This document shows, one piece after another, positions 54,074 to 64,000 of a stretch of 64,000 bases of DNA. The stretch is taken from sequence record NC_070967.1. The stretch is one strand, 5' to 3'. The stretch's first letter is position 1. Every line of letters starts with the position of its first letter. The position numbers and the translations under genes are program-made. The notes under the pieces are model-generated. The model was not told the origin of the DNA. It did no database searches and worked only from the letters and a program-made list of their open reading frames with translations.

Positions 54074-55477
54074 ATGGATAAGATTACTGGCGATACTTTG
54101 ATCCAGATGGGATACTTTCCAGGATCATGGTTCAAGAAGACTATCGAAGCTGCTGACAATATGTTGAAAGCTGGATGGACTATGGAGATGATCGAGCAGT
54201 ACATTGGAGAATGTGCTCCTAAGGCTACTCCTGTAATCCCTGCTCAGATGGCTGGAGATGTACCGATCTTCTTCAACATTGATGCAGAGACGGATTACGA
54301 GATCGATAATCTGGCTAAGGTCAGAGAGCATATGGATGAGATTGCACGCATCCCTACCATCCGAGCACTATCAGTTATGCCTGATGCATGTCCGTCAGGT
54401 AAGGAATTAGGCACTATCCCAGTAGGAGGAGTAGCAGTTGCTCATAATGCCATACATCCTGGAATGCACAGTAATGATGTCTGCTGCTCTGTCGCTATAT
54501 CAGTTTTTCCATCCGAGACCGATCCCACATCCATACTCGACGCTGGTATGGTCATCTCTCACTTTGGTCCAGGTGGTCGTACTTATTCTAATGACATGCA
54601 GGTATCATCAGATCTTCTAGCACGATTCGAGAGTAATCGATACTTGAAGATGCTCACTGGTATCGCTCAGAAGCATATGGCTACTCAGGGAGATGGTAAT
54701 CACTTCTTCTACGTAGGAAGACTGCAGAGTACTGGTCAAGTAGCACTAGTTACCCATCATGGATCTCGTGGAGTAGGTGCAGCATTATATAAGCTAGGCA
54801 TCGAAGCAGCACATAAGCAGACCCAGGAGAGGGCTCCGTGGATGAGTAAGCTCAACTCATGGTTGGATGCTGATTCTGAAGAAGGAGAGGAATACTGGGA
54901 GGCATTGCAGATCGTACGCCTATGGACGAAGAAGAATCACTTCAATATTCATGATGCAGTCGCTAAAGCAGTGAATGCCAAGCTAAAGGATCGTTATTGG
55001 AACGAGCATAACTTCGTATTCAAGCGTGGAGACATGTTCTACCATGCTAAGGGAGCTACTCCGAACTACTACGGATTCTCTCCTGAATACGGTGATAAGT
55101 GCTTGATCCCTCTCAACATGGCTGAACCTATTCTCATTACGAAAGTGCACGAGAATGAATGGTATGGTGAAGCTCCTATGACTCCATCTTTAGGATTCTG
55201 TCCTCACGGTGCTGGTCGTAACTTCTCACGTACTCAGTTCATGAAGAATCTTGAAGAGCAGAAGATCTCTCCGAAGAAGATGATCGAAGACATGACGAGT
55301 AAGTACGATATCCGTGCATACTCTGGTAAGTATGATATCTCTGAGTTCCCGATGGCTTACAAAGATCACAAGCAGATCATTGCAGGTATTGAGAAATACA
55401 AACTCACTGAGATCGTTGATCAGGTCATCCCGTATGGTTCGATCATGGCAGGTCATAGCAAGTTCACGAGACGATAA
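54074..55477 (+). CDS. rtcB: RtcB family RNA ligase
   Basis: MPDAC, IPVGGV, DVCCS, GDGNHF, THHGSRG, NEHNF, HAKGATP, IPLNM, PHGAGR. Confidence 0.95.
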   Translation: MDKITGDTLIQMGYFPGSWFKKTIEAADNMLKAGWTMEMIEQYIGECAPKATPVIPAQMAGDVPIFFNIDAETDYEIDNLAKVREHMDEIARIPTIRALSVMPDACPSGKELGTIPVGGVAVAHNAIHPGMHSNDVCCSVAISVFPSETDPTSILDAGMVISHFGPGGRTYSNDMQVSSDLLARFESNRYLKMLTGIAQKHMATQGDGNHFFYVGRLQSTGQVALVTHHGSRGVGAALYKLGIEAAHKQTQERAPWMSKLNSWLDADSEEGEEYWEALQIVRLWTKKNHFNIHDAVAKAVNAKLKDRYWNEHNFVFKRGDMFYHAKGATPNYYGFSPEYGDKCLIPLNMAEPILITKVHENEWYGEAPMTPSLGFCPHGAGRNFSRTQFMKNLEEQKISPKKMIEDMTSKYDIRAYSGKYDISEFPMAYKDHKQIIAGIEKYKLTEIVDQVIPYGSIMAGHSKFTRR

Positions 55478-58305
55478 TGAGCGACAAAGATTCAGATGAA
55501 AACGATCCAGTAGGATGCATAGTAATCATAGCTATCATCTTTCTGTCAGCTGGTGCAGGATCCTTCTTTAAGAGTGCATCTTTAGGATGCATGATTTTCG
55601 GATCACTCTCCTGTTATGGGTTGTCATCCATAGCATGATGTCGTACCTTAATAAATCTTCTAAATAACTTAACATAGAAAGTCAAGACAATGAAATATTT
55701 CCAATGCGATCTCTCCCAAGGTACTGGACGTACTACTGCTTACATTGAAGAGCGTGGCGCTAAGGTAGGAGCATTCGTAGAAGTGAAGGATGAGAACTTC
55801 AATGGACTCTGGAGAGTCGATCAGGTCTCGGATCATGGAGTAGAAGGTGAACATCTTCGTGATCTCCAGAAGAACAATCGTAACATCTTTGGCTCTATTG
55901 CTCCGAGGACTTAATCAATGAACGATCGTGGCAAGGCACTCTGGAAAATCCTAGAGGATGCAAGAGATAATACCGAACAACGTCTCAGGGAACATGGATT
56001 CGCAGGTAACTTGATTGCTATACGTGCTAAGAAATGTCTCGTCAAGGGGTGTATGAACGAGTCTGATCAAGGTACATTCATAGGAGATCTCTGCTTACCT
56101 TGCCACGATATGATTACTACTGGTAAGATTCATCATACGAATCCTACTTTTATCGGTGATCTTCAACGTCAGATAGGAAAGTATGACAAGATTGCTAAAT
56201 TTCATCAACAATTCATGGAGGTAATGAAGGATGAGTGATCGATTTGTTGCACTCAGACATGTTCTGAACGCTATGATCAACAATGAGAATACGGACTGGT
56301 GTGTCAGTGAACGTAGTGCAAATACTGCTATGAAACTGATCGATGTTCTGGAATTTGCTAATGCTGAAGCACCTTTGATCTTACCTGAGGATGGAATAGT
56401 CGTTCTCACGTACACAGATCGTACTAAGAAATACTTCATCCGATGTGATGAGGATATAGATATTCAGGTATTGGAGAAATCAAATGTCAGATCAAACTGA
56501 AGAGAAGCTACTGGAACGATCTGAGTATTACAAGGTCGAAGTACGTACTTGGCACCTTCATGATATCGGAATCCAACACGAAGTGAATGAGGATGTCTGG
56601 AATGACTCCATCTGGCATCTTCTACCTGATAGTCCTATGAATGTCTATTCTGACAAGGACGAAGCTATTGACGTATTTAGACGTCTGATAACTGAAGCCT
56701 ACATCCCTTCAGACGACATTCGAGTAACTAGAATTATACATGAAGTACTGGATATTGAATGAAAATCTCATCCATGAAACCTCTGATGAGTACAGAGGAT
56801 CTTAAAGATTACAATTACTCTATCGCAGCTATCACTACTGAAAGTGTAATGGTGATGGCAGATCTATTTCAATTTCCTCCATCTGAAGATGATATCATTG
56901 ATTTCATCAAGAAGGTTGAAGAAGATCCTGATATGGTTCAATACGGTGAACTCACTGTAGGTCTAGGTGACCAAGAGTTTACTGAATGGGTACGATCAAT
57001 CGTCAGTGATCGTTTCGATGAAGTCACGATGGAAGATCATAAACGATTGAACTAACTTAGGTCGCTAGAGCCTTCCTAGTTACTAGCGATCTTATTGGAT
57101 ATAGTAATGACAAATATTAAAGGATACCTACCAGGATTCCTGATTCTAGCCGTATGTTTAACGATTACTTTCGTAGCTAAACATTATTATAATCCTGCTC
57201 CTGTGCAGGTATTTGATTATACGAAGAAGGAATCATCGAATGGATGCTCATAGTCATCTCGAAATGCTCATACAAGAAATCATTTATGAGCATGGAGGAT
57301 TCATCAAATCAGTTAATCTCGTATCTCAAGTCTACGGTCGACTGTCAACGACTTTTAGTAAGGACATCATTACAGAAGAGATGTTCAAGGAGCTTACTGA
57401 AATCAATCTTGTCGAGAAGTTGAATCAGATGGTCACTGACAAGAAACTAGGTGAGATTGAGTACTCAGATATGAACTTAGCTTATCGTATCAAATCTGTT
57501 TACTATAATCCTGAGATTACTAAAGATGTTAGGATTGTCCAGTGAGCGATCAAAGTAAGAATCTGAAATGGCCTGAGGATCATGACCCTAACAAATTTCT
57601 ATTCTCTGTGCATGGAGTATTTGCACTAGCACCTGATGGTTATATCCAGAGGAAATATAATGGTATCAAAACTCGTGACTCTGATAGCCTTGTGCATGAT
57701 CATCTATGTGATAGTGATGGTAAGGTAGACATGATGAAGCTGAAGCAACTTCTGATTGAAGCACGTCAGCACGGTTATGCGACCGCTAAGAATGAAGTCA
57801 CGTATGCTATTACACGTACGACATTCAAAGGAGTACCAGGACTTGACACAGACTGAATCATTCTATTTACTCGTAGGACAACCTGTCGAACGTAATCCTA
57901 AGTTCAAGATCTGGGAATATGACAATCGTCCACGTCTGAATTTCTTTAAGAAGAAGCCATCATCAGATGAGATAGCTCGGATTCTCGGTATCAATCATGC
58001 CACATGTAATGATGAGACATTGTTAGCGATAGCTAAGATCCATCGAACTAACAATATTGTTGAGATCAAGGACTTCTCGTACATTCTACAAGAAGTAGGA
58101 TTCTCATCGCATGAGTGACAACCTTAAACTAGCTCAACCTGGAGATCAACCTCATCGAGTATGGGTCATTATTTATGAAGATGCAGATATGAGTACTGCA
58201 GTCTTTACAGGACCTGATGCAGAGAAGGAGGCTCGTGAGCAGTATGAACGTAGTAAGATCGGATGGAATTGTTATCTGATGTGTACTGCATATGAGGAAG
58301 CATAA
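55477..58305 (+). CDS. Run of small hypothetical CDS (55477-55638 membrane, 55690-55914, 55918-56238, 56231-56500, 56484-56762, 56759-57055, 57240-57545, 57542-57856, about 57810-58118, 58111-58305)
   Basis: Coupled junctions. Confidence 0.65.
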
Positions 58306-58556
58306 TGCCTGCATCATATTTAAATGATACTATCCATCGAAAGAGTTATCATCGAGTAGCTCAACTCCGTGCTACTCATGGATACACTCAGAAACAAGTA
58401 GCTGAAGCTATCAACATGAGTCGTGACCATCTTGCATCTATCGAGTCGGGTCGTTGTTGGATGAGTACTAAATCACTCGTCAATCTCTCAAGATTCTATG
58501 GTGTCTCGACTGACTATCTACTAGGACTCTCTGATGTGAGGACTAGAGCAGCATGA
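58305..58556 (+). CDS. XRE/Cro-C1-family helix-turn-helix transcriptional regulator
   Basis: LRATHGYTQKQVAEAINMSRDHLASIESGR...LSRFYGVSTDYLLG. Confidence 0.9.
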   Translation: MPASYLNDTIHRKSYHRVAQLRATHGYTQKQVAEAINMSRDHLASIESGRCWMSTKSLVNLSRFYGVSTDYLLGLSDVRTRAA

Positions 58557-58695
58557 CATTAACAGGTACTGACGCATTAATAATTTCATCCATTATTGCT
58601 ATTGTTCTAGCTATCTTGTATATCATGATCAAGATAGGATTTCTAGACTGTCTGGCTATGCTTGTAGTAGCCATCATCGAGAGTATATTTGATTA

Positions 58696-58950
58696 ATGTC
58701 ATCCATTCATTTAGTTGTAGTTACAATTCAACCTACGTATGTCGAGTCACGTATAAGAATGTGGCAGAGACGACTAGGTGCAGACCGTGATCTCAAGCCT
58801 GGTGCTACATTCTCCTTGTACAAGATTGTCGAGTCTGAGAATGATTACATTAAAGTGATGGGCACATTAGATGTTTATGTTCAGAGACATCTTCATCTCA
58901 AACCTTATCGAGAGAACATTCCACCATTCAGACTATCTTTAGTCCAGTGA
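58696..58950 (+). CDS. Hypothetical protein
   Basis: Ends just before a terminator. Confidence 0.55.
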   Translation: MSSIHLVVVTIQPTYVESRIRMWQRRLGADRDLKPGATFSLYKIVESENDYIKVMGTLDVYVQRHLHLKPYRENIPPFRLSLVQ

Positions 58951-58954
58951 TATT

Positions 58955-58992
58955 AGGCCTACTAGGAGAGATCTTAGTAGGCCTTTTCTTTT
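58955..58992 (+). terminator. Intrinsic terminator immediately upstream of cassette 13
   Basis: AGGCCTACTAGGA-GAGA-TCTTAGTAGGCCT followed by TTTCTTTT. Confidence 0.85.
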
Positions 58993-59000
58993 ACCCTCAG

Positions 59001-59037
59001 TAGGTTCACTTAAGGTCCTGGAGGGATTCTTCTTTGA
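59001..59037 (+). promoter_or_regulatory. Promoter-like cassette, copy 13
   Basis: TAGGTTCACTT-N12-GGATTCTTCTTTGA; hairpin GGAGC/GCTCC; SD AAGGAG. Confidence 0.8.
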
Positions 59038-59075
59038 AGGGAGCGTTGTGCTCCGAGTCTTTAAGGAGAATTGTC

Positions 59076-61859
59076 TTGAGGTACAAGTTCGAGCATCAGT
59101 CCGTAATTCCTGAATCCGACTTTGATCCGGATGGACTGGACATTATCTGGATCGACGATACCTATGCGTCGGCAGATAGCTTGGATACGATTTCCAAGTA
59201 CATGTGCTGCGAAGTCGATGAGATCCAGCAGTATACTTCTGTTGAGGAGATCTGAGATGGCTAAGCTTGATCGTGCAAAATGGCCTACTCTGGCTAAAGC
59301 ATTTGATGACTACGGACATTCGTATAAGTTCGACGATATGTTCGATGCGAAGGTACGTAGCGACAGTAACTACGTAGTCCTCTGCTGGAAGATCGACGAG
59401 GATTTCTATGAGATGGCTGATCTCGCTAGTGATGGGAATGGTAATTGGGAGATGCAGAACGACATGTTCGATGGCATCAGTCTCAAGCAGTGGAAGTCCC
59501 TGAAGATCACTCCTCAGTGTGACTGGTTTACTTACGATGGGGACGGTAACTAAGATGATTCTTCTCGTTAGAATGTTCTTATTCTCAGTTCGGATCTATG
59601 AGTTCTTCACTGGAGACAAGTCAGGTCTCGAAGTCCTCATCAAGGTACGTGAGGATAAGTGGGACAAGTATAAGTCTGATCTCCTGAAGGATGGATTCGT
59701 CTTTCATGAGATCGATGGAACAATTCGTGTGACCAATGTAAAGTTCAATGGACGATACGTTGAGGTCATTGCTACGAGAGAGGATGCAGCATGAATGGTC
59801 TCGAGAAACGTCGAAGAGATGCAGTGACGTATCGTGTCAAGTATGAGAATGCACTTGATCCTCGTAAGATCAAACGATACGAAGCTCATCATACTGATCC
59901 AGTACATTGGGCGTACGTCGAAGGATGTGATGCTGGATACTTCAAGTATGGTAATCGTAATCCCTATCCTCCTGGTCGTCGTCATGACGAATACAATCGT
60001 GGATATGAAATCTCAAAGGATGAAGCATAATGGCTAAGAATAAGCAGGACAAGAATAATACTCTTGTCAACTTCATGGATGTCTTCAATGATATCTCTGA
60101 GGAGAATCGTCGGAAGGATAATGAGTATCTCAAGCTTCGTACTGAGTCGTTTGATAGTGACTGCGAAGACATTATCAAAATGAGCGACTTTGATCTCATC
60201 GACTACCTCAGCTCTTATCGAGGATATAGCGATCCTCGTATCGTTGAGATTGAAGGTAAGCTTAAGGAGGTAGCATTCAATGAAGCACTCAGGAGGATGA
60301 AACGTGGCGATCAAGCTTGATGCTCGTATGGGAGAGTATACTGGTCGTCAGGGTATCTCCTATCTGTTCAAAGATGAGAAGGGATATCCTCACCGTCTTG
60401 CAGCAGCTGAGATTAAGGACATTGATCTCAGTGATCTCGTACCTGGTCATAAGGTATGGCTGGAGAACTGGAAACATCATGGTGGCATCACTCAATGGTA
60501 TGCTACTCCTAGACACATATAAGGAGACTATCATGCAACATCGTTATGTGAATGAACGTAGGATACCTGAACCAGTCACAGGATCGGATATGGTATCTGC
60601 ACTCATGAGCTATTGTGAGGAGTACAATGTCGAGATCGAAGATATCGTCATCCTCGCAGATAAGATGGATGCTGATGTAGGTCATATAGCTGATGCTATC
60701 ATTATCTGCACTCGTCATCTCGGAGACGAGGTGGATCCCTCCTAGTCCCCAGGAGGACCCTTCGTGGAAACTAACTCAAAATAAAGCATAAAAGGAGCAA
60801 AGAAATGTCTTTCATCATGGCGTGGGTCACATTGATCCTCGTCTTCCTTCTGTACTGCGTAGGTATCATAACAGCGGTAGCTATCTTCTTTCTACCATAT
60901 ATTTTGATCGGTATCGTTTCTTATTTAGTCGTAAGAATCCTTACTAAAGCTGCCAAGTAGGAGACGTGGATGAGCATGAAATTTCAGGAAGGTATGCACT
61001 TCAAATTGGAAGGAGCTACTCTGAAAGGTAAGAATAGGATTCGCGATAACGGATCTGAATGGCAAGTAGTCAGTGTCAAGGATGGAGAAGTCCTGTTCGA
61101 ATCTGTTCTGACAAGCTATCTGAAATGGCATCCTCTCAATGAAGAATCTGACTTCACTGTAGTTGAGAGAATGCAGGATGTCGAAGATATGAATGACTCG
61201 ATCGAAATCGAAGGTCATTTCCTATAAGGAGTAACGAAATGCAATTCGAAGTCAATCTGAATAACTATCCTGTTATGCGTAAGGCATTTCAGTTCATCGA
61301 GGTAGACAATGGTGCAGGCATTATTCCTGGAGTACCTCTGAAGAATTCATATGTCGTTGATCTGAGTGATGAGTCTGCACTCGAAGAGATGTACGGTATG
61401 CAGTCATTCTCTGATAATGGTGCAGGTGCTCTCATGAATGCTGTTGAGGTCACTCTTGCTCAGATGAGTGATGATGAACTCCTCACTTTCTGTACAGGTG
61501 GTGATCATGAAGTCAAGATGATTGCTGAGAAGTACGAGTATGGCGCTATAGCTAGTGAGTTTCTGGATGCATGGTTCGAAGGTCACTTCGATGAAACTCC
61601 GAGATTCACATGGCATCAGGTCTGGTACTTCACTAAAGTTTATCCTGAGACTGTTACTCCGGATGAAGCATATGAAGCATGGGTCAAGGAGAATCCTGAC
61701 CCTAATGGCATGACAACCTACAACGAGGAAATATGGGAGGGTGATGAGTCCTGGGTTAAGTCAGTTTGTAGACTACTTCGAGTTGAACTGACTGATTACA
61801 TTCCACCACCAAAGGATGAAGGTGATGAACCGATCAATACTGAGAAGGTTAACCAGTGA
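59076..61859 (+). CDS. Run of hypothetical CDS (59076-59255 acidic, 59257-59553, about 59556-59794, 59791-60030, 60030-60320, 60304-60522, 60533-60745, 60805-60960 membrane, 60970-61227, 61239-61859)
   Basis: SD sites and coupling. Confidence 0.65.
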
Positions 61860-62053
61860 GGAGTACGAAATATCTGGTCCAGAGAAATACTGGATGAGAT
61901 TGTACATATTGCCGATAGCTTCTATCTATTTTATATCGGCAATACTTCTATTTCCATTCTATGGACCGTCTATTTTCAGGACGGTCCAGGATATGATCAA
62001 GAGTCACTTCAATAGTTAGTAACGAGTTGATGCGTTTGAGTATTTGAATAAGT

Positions 62054-62092
62054 GGCTCTAGGCGAATCATTGTGCCTAGAGCCTTCCTTTTT
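62054..62092 (+). terminator. Intrinsic terminator
   Basis: GGCTCTAGGC / GCCTAGAGCC followed by TTCCTTTTT. Confidence 0.75.
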
Positions 62093-62117
62093 ATTAGAAT
62101 AACATTGAAAGTTTAAA

Positions 62118-62636
62118 ATGCAGTCTTTTGGATATACAATACTAGCTCTCGTAGTAATTCTTATTCTCTACAAGATCATCAGATCACTTATCGTTCATGA
62201 GCAGAAAGCATCTGAATCAACCATTGACAATGGATACAATCTTCCGATCAAAGAAGCAGTTGATACGTCGATCAGTACGAGGACTACGACGTCTACTGCT
62301 ATACGTCGTCAACCTGAGCATCGTAGACAGGAAGTCAAGTCTGAGAAACGTCAGTCATATGACAATGATACGGTTGCCACTTCATACGATGATAATTCGG
62401 ATACTGTAACTGCTGCAGTTATCTCAACGATCCTCTCGATTGAATCCAACAATTCTAGCTCGTCTCATTCAGATCATTCAAGTAGCTCGTCGTCTTCTCA
62501 CTCAGATACCTCGAGTAGTTGGTCGTCATCTCACTCGGATAGTTCATCTTCTCACTCATCGTCTTACGACTCAGGATCGTCCAGCTCATACGACTCTGGT
62601 AGTAGCACGTCAGACTCTGGTGGTGGAGGATGGTAG
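62118..62636 (+). CDS. Membrane-anchored protein with Ser-rich low-complexity tail
   Basis: N-terminal hydrophobic helix; SSSHSD/SSSYDSG repeats ending GGGGW. Confidence 0.8.
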   Translation: MQSFGYTILALVVILILYKIIRSLIVHEQKASESTIDNGYNLPIKEAVDTSISTRTTTSTAIRRQPEHRRQEVKSEKRQSYDNDTVATSYDDNSDTVTAAVISTILSIESNNSSSSHSDHSSSSSSSHSDTSSSWSSSHSDSSSSHSSSYDSGSSSSYDSGSSTSDSGGGGW

Positions 62637-62655
62637 GCGAATTTATTTTAACGAA

Positions 62656-62692
62656 TAGGTTCACTTGAGGTCGTTAAGGGATTCTTCTCTGA
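62656..62692 (+). promoter_or_regulatory. Promoter-like cassette, copy 14
   Basis: TAGGTTCACTT-N12-GGATTCTTCTCTGA; hairpin; SD TAGGAG, ATG 62730. Confidence 0.8.
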
Positions 62693-62729
62693 AGGGTCGG
62701 GTGGTCCGTCCCTCCTAGGAGAATTTAAA

Positions 62730-63805
62730 ATGAAACTCGCTGCTCTTGTTCTGCTTTCAGTTGGTCTCGGTTGGTACTTGATGGGTTCGACTCAGTCGGA
62801 TGCAATCAATAAGTGCCTTCAGAAGTTCTCTGAATCGACGTGCATTAATCAATACCGTTAAGTTCACTCCATCAAAAGAGGGGAATCAAGATGGTAATGT
62901 TCGGTGTATCGAAAGATCCCATCGTACGTAAAGGATTTGAGGTACTGGCTCATCAAGCTGGTACCTCAGCAGCAAGAGATAATGAGCAGAGGGTAGTACC
63001 TGATCCGTGGATAGGTTTTGAGGACCACTGGAAATCTGGATACGACTCCTTTGTTAAAGGAGTTATGAGTTACGACTTCCTTCGACGTACGTAACTGGTG
63101 AATTGTCTGGGATACTTGCTTAGGTAGGTATCCCAGATTACTTGTTTCTAGACTAACTCTGAGGATCGTAAGATCCGATGAGGGATGCATTATTATTACA
63201 CGGACCCCTCCCTTGGAGATTGTTAATGACTAAGACATATGAGACTCGAGAGATTAGTCCAGGTCAATCTGTATCTGTTGACAAGGCTAAGTTTACATTC
63301 TACAAGGAATCAGGAAAGTATTACACAGAGGGTGAGGGTATTGCTCCATTGTACTCTCATTATGACAACTCTCGTGAAGCTCTCATGAAGTTGAATGGAG
63401 GTAAGATGCCAGGACTCAGTGGTCCAGGAAATGATTTCTATCTTGTAATCTATCCTCTCAATGACGAGAGCGATATTGTCCCACGTTTACTGAAACCAGG
63501 AGAGTAGTATGAGTGACGTGCGTCTTCAGGAATTGGATGAGATAGTTGAAGTTTCTCGTCAATCGAACACTCTGGATATCACATATCCAGTTTCACATAT
63601 TCTGAGATACTATCATGAAGACTCAGATAAATATGATGTGGATCAGATGCTCGAGATCTTCAACAAATGGCTTGATAGTTATCTGCGCACTCATATAAAT
63701 TCTGAAATGCACATACTCTCGATTGATGCTATTCTTGTGAAATTCTTTGAAGATCACAAGGTAGAATTTCCATCGTACCTCATTTCTAACAAGGACCTTG
63801 ACTAG
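62730..63805 (+). CDS. Small CDS (62730-62861 secreted/membrane, not in the track; 62891-63094; 63226-63507; 63509-63805)
   Basis: SD sites; FYKESGKYY motif in 63226-63507. Confidence 0.6.
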
Positions 63806-64000
63806 CATGAGAGACTATAATCTTAGATATGATCAGGATGCACTGGTATCGGTAAAATTGAAGAAGGGTAACGATCGTAGAGATCGTAATTCTAGATCTC
63901 TTAAAGAACTGACTGGTAAGATTAAACTAGTCATTCCATCTGGTGCAGATGAGTACACTTATCTGAGATATAAAGGTTTAGTAAAGAGGCCTCGGAGGAA

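Noticed and set aside
27-62692. Repeats as a CRISPR array, transposon ends or REP elements
   Set aside because: Copies are 0.6-12 kb apart, separated by genes, all in one orientation before SD sites; there is no cas, transposase or target-site duplication.
45-63808. Minus-strand ORFs in the supplied track
   Set aside because: All overlap better-supported + strand genes, and their I/S/L/R-rich composition is typical of antisense shadows.
1-64000. tRNA, rRNA, intron or integrase genes
   Set aside because: No T-loop/cloverleaf, rRNA-like tract, homing-endonuclease motif or recombinase motif was seen by eye; tRNAscan-SE/Infernal would be needed to exclude them fully.

Overview
This 64 kb window looks like the accessory ('early/hyperplastic') region of a large lytic dsDNA phage, probably a T4-like myovirus. 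The phage assignment is an inference: nearly all plausible genes lie on the + strand, are tightly packed with ATGA/TAATG stop-start overlaps and AAGGAG-type SD sites, and some carry T4-type capsid/sheath motifs. An alphaproteobacterial host is a weak guess only. There are roughly 190 mostly small genes and no core replication or virion genes, tRNAs or CRISPR arrays. Recognisable products are DHFR, two calcineurin-like phosphoesterases, a HAD hydrolase, a PRTase, a Nudix hydrolase, a vWA protein, a divergent adenylosuccinate synthetase, an Acb1-like 2H phosphodiesterase, a catalytically degenerate PolX, a DUF3850/ASCH-like protein, an HslV-like Ntn protease, an ATP-grasp protein, a 2OG-Fe(II) oxygenase, RtcB and an XRE HTH protein. 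The region is punctuated by 14 close and 2 degenerate copies of a rigidly spaced bipartite element, TAGGTKCASTT-N12-GGATTCTTCTTTGA, usually followed by a hairpin and an SD site (promoter/stem-loop cassettes). The strongest new signal is a candidate programmed -1 frameshift: a U UUU UUC slippery site, a 5-nt spacer and a 65-nt hairpin that would fuse a Met/Gly-rich protein to a HIRAN domain, directly upstream of a vWA + PurA-like pair. Also notable are twin-arginine-signal proteins that carry fragments resembling capsid and tail-sheath proteins, and a gene almost devoid of TA dinucleotides. All protein family calls come from motif recognition by eye, with no database searches.
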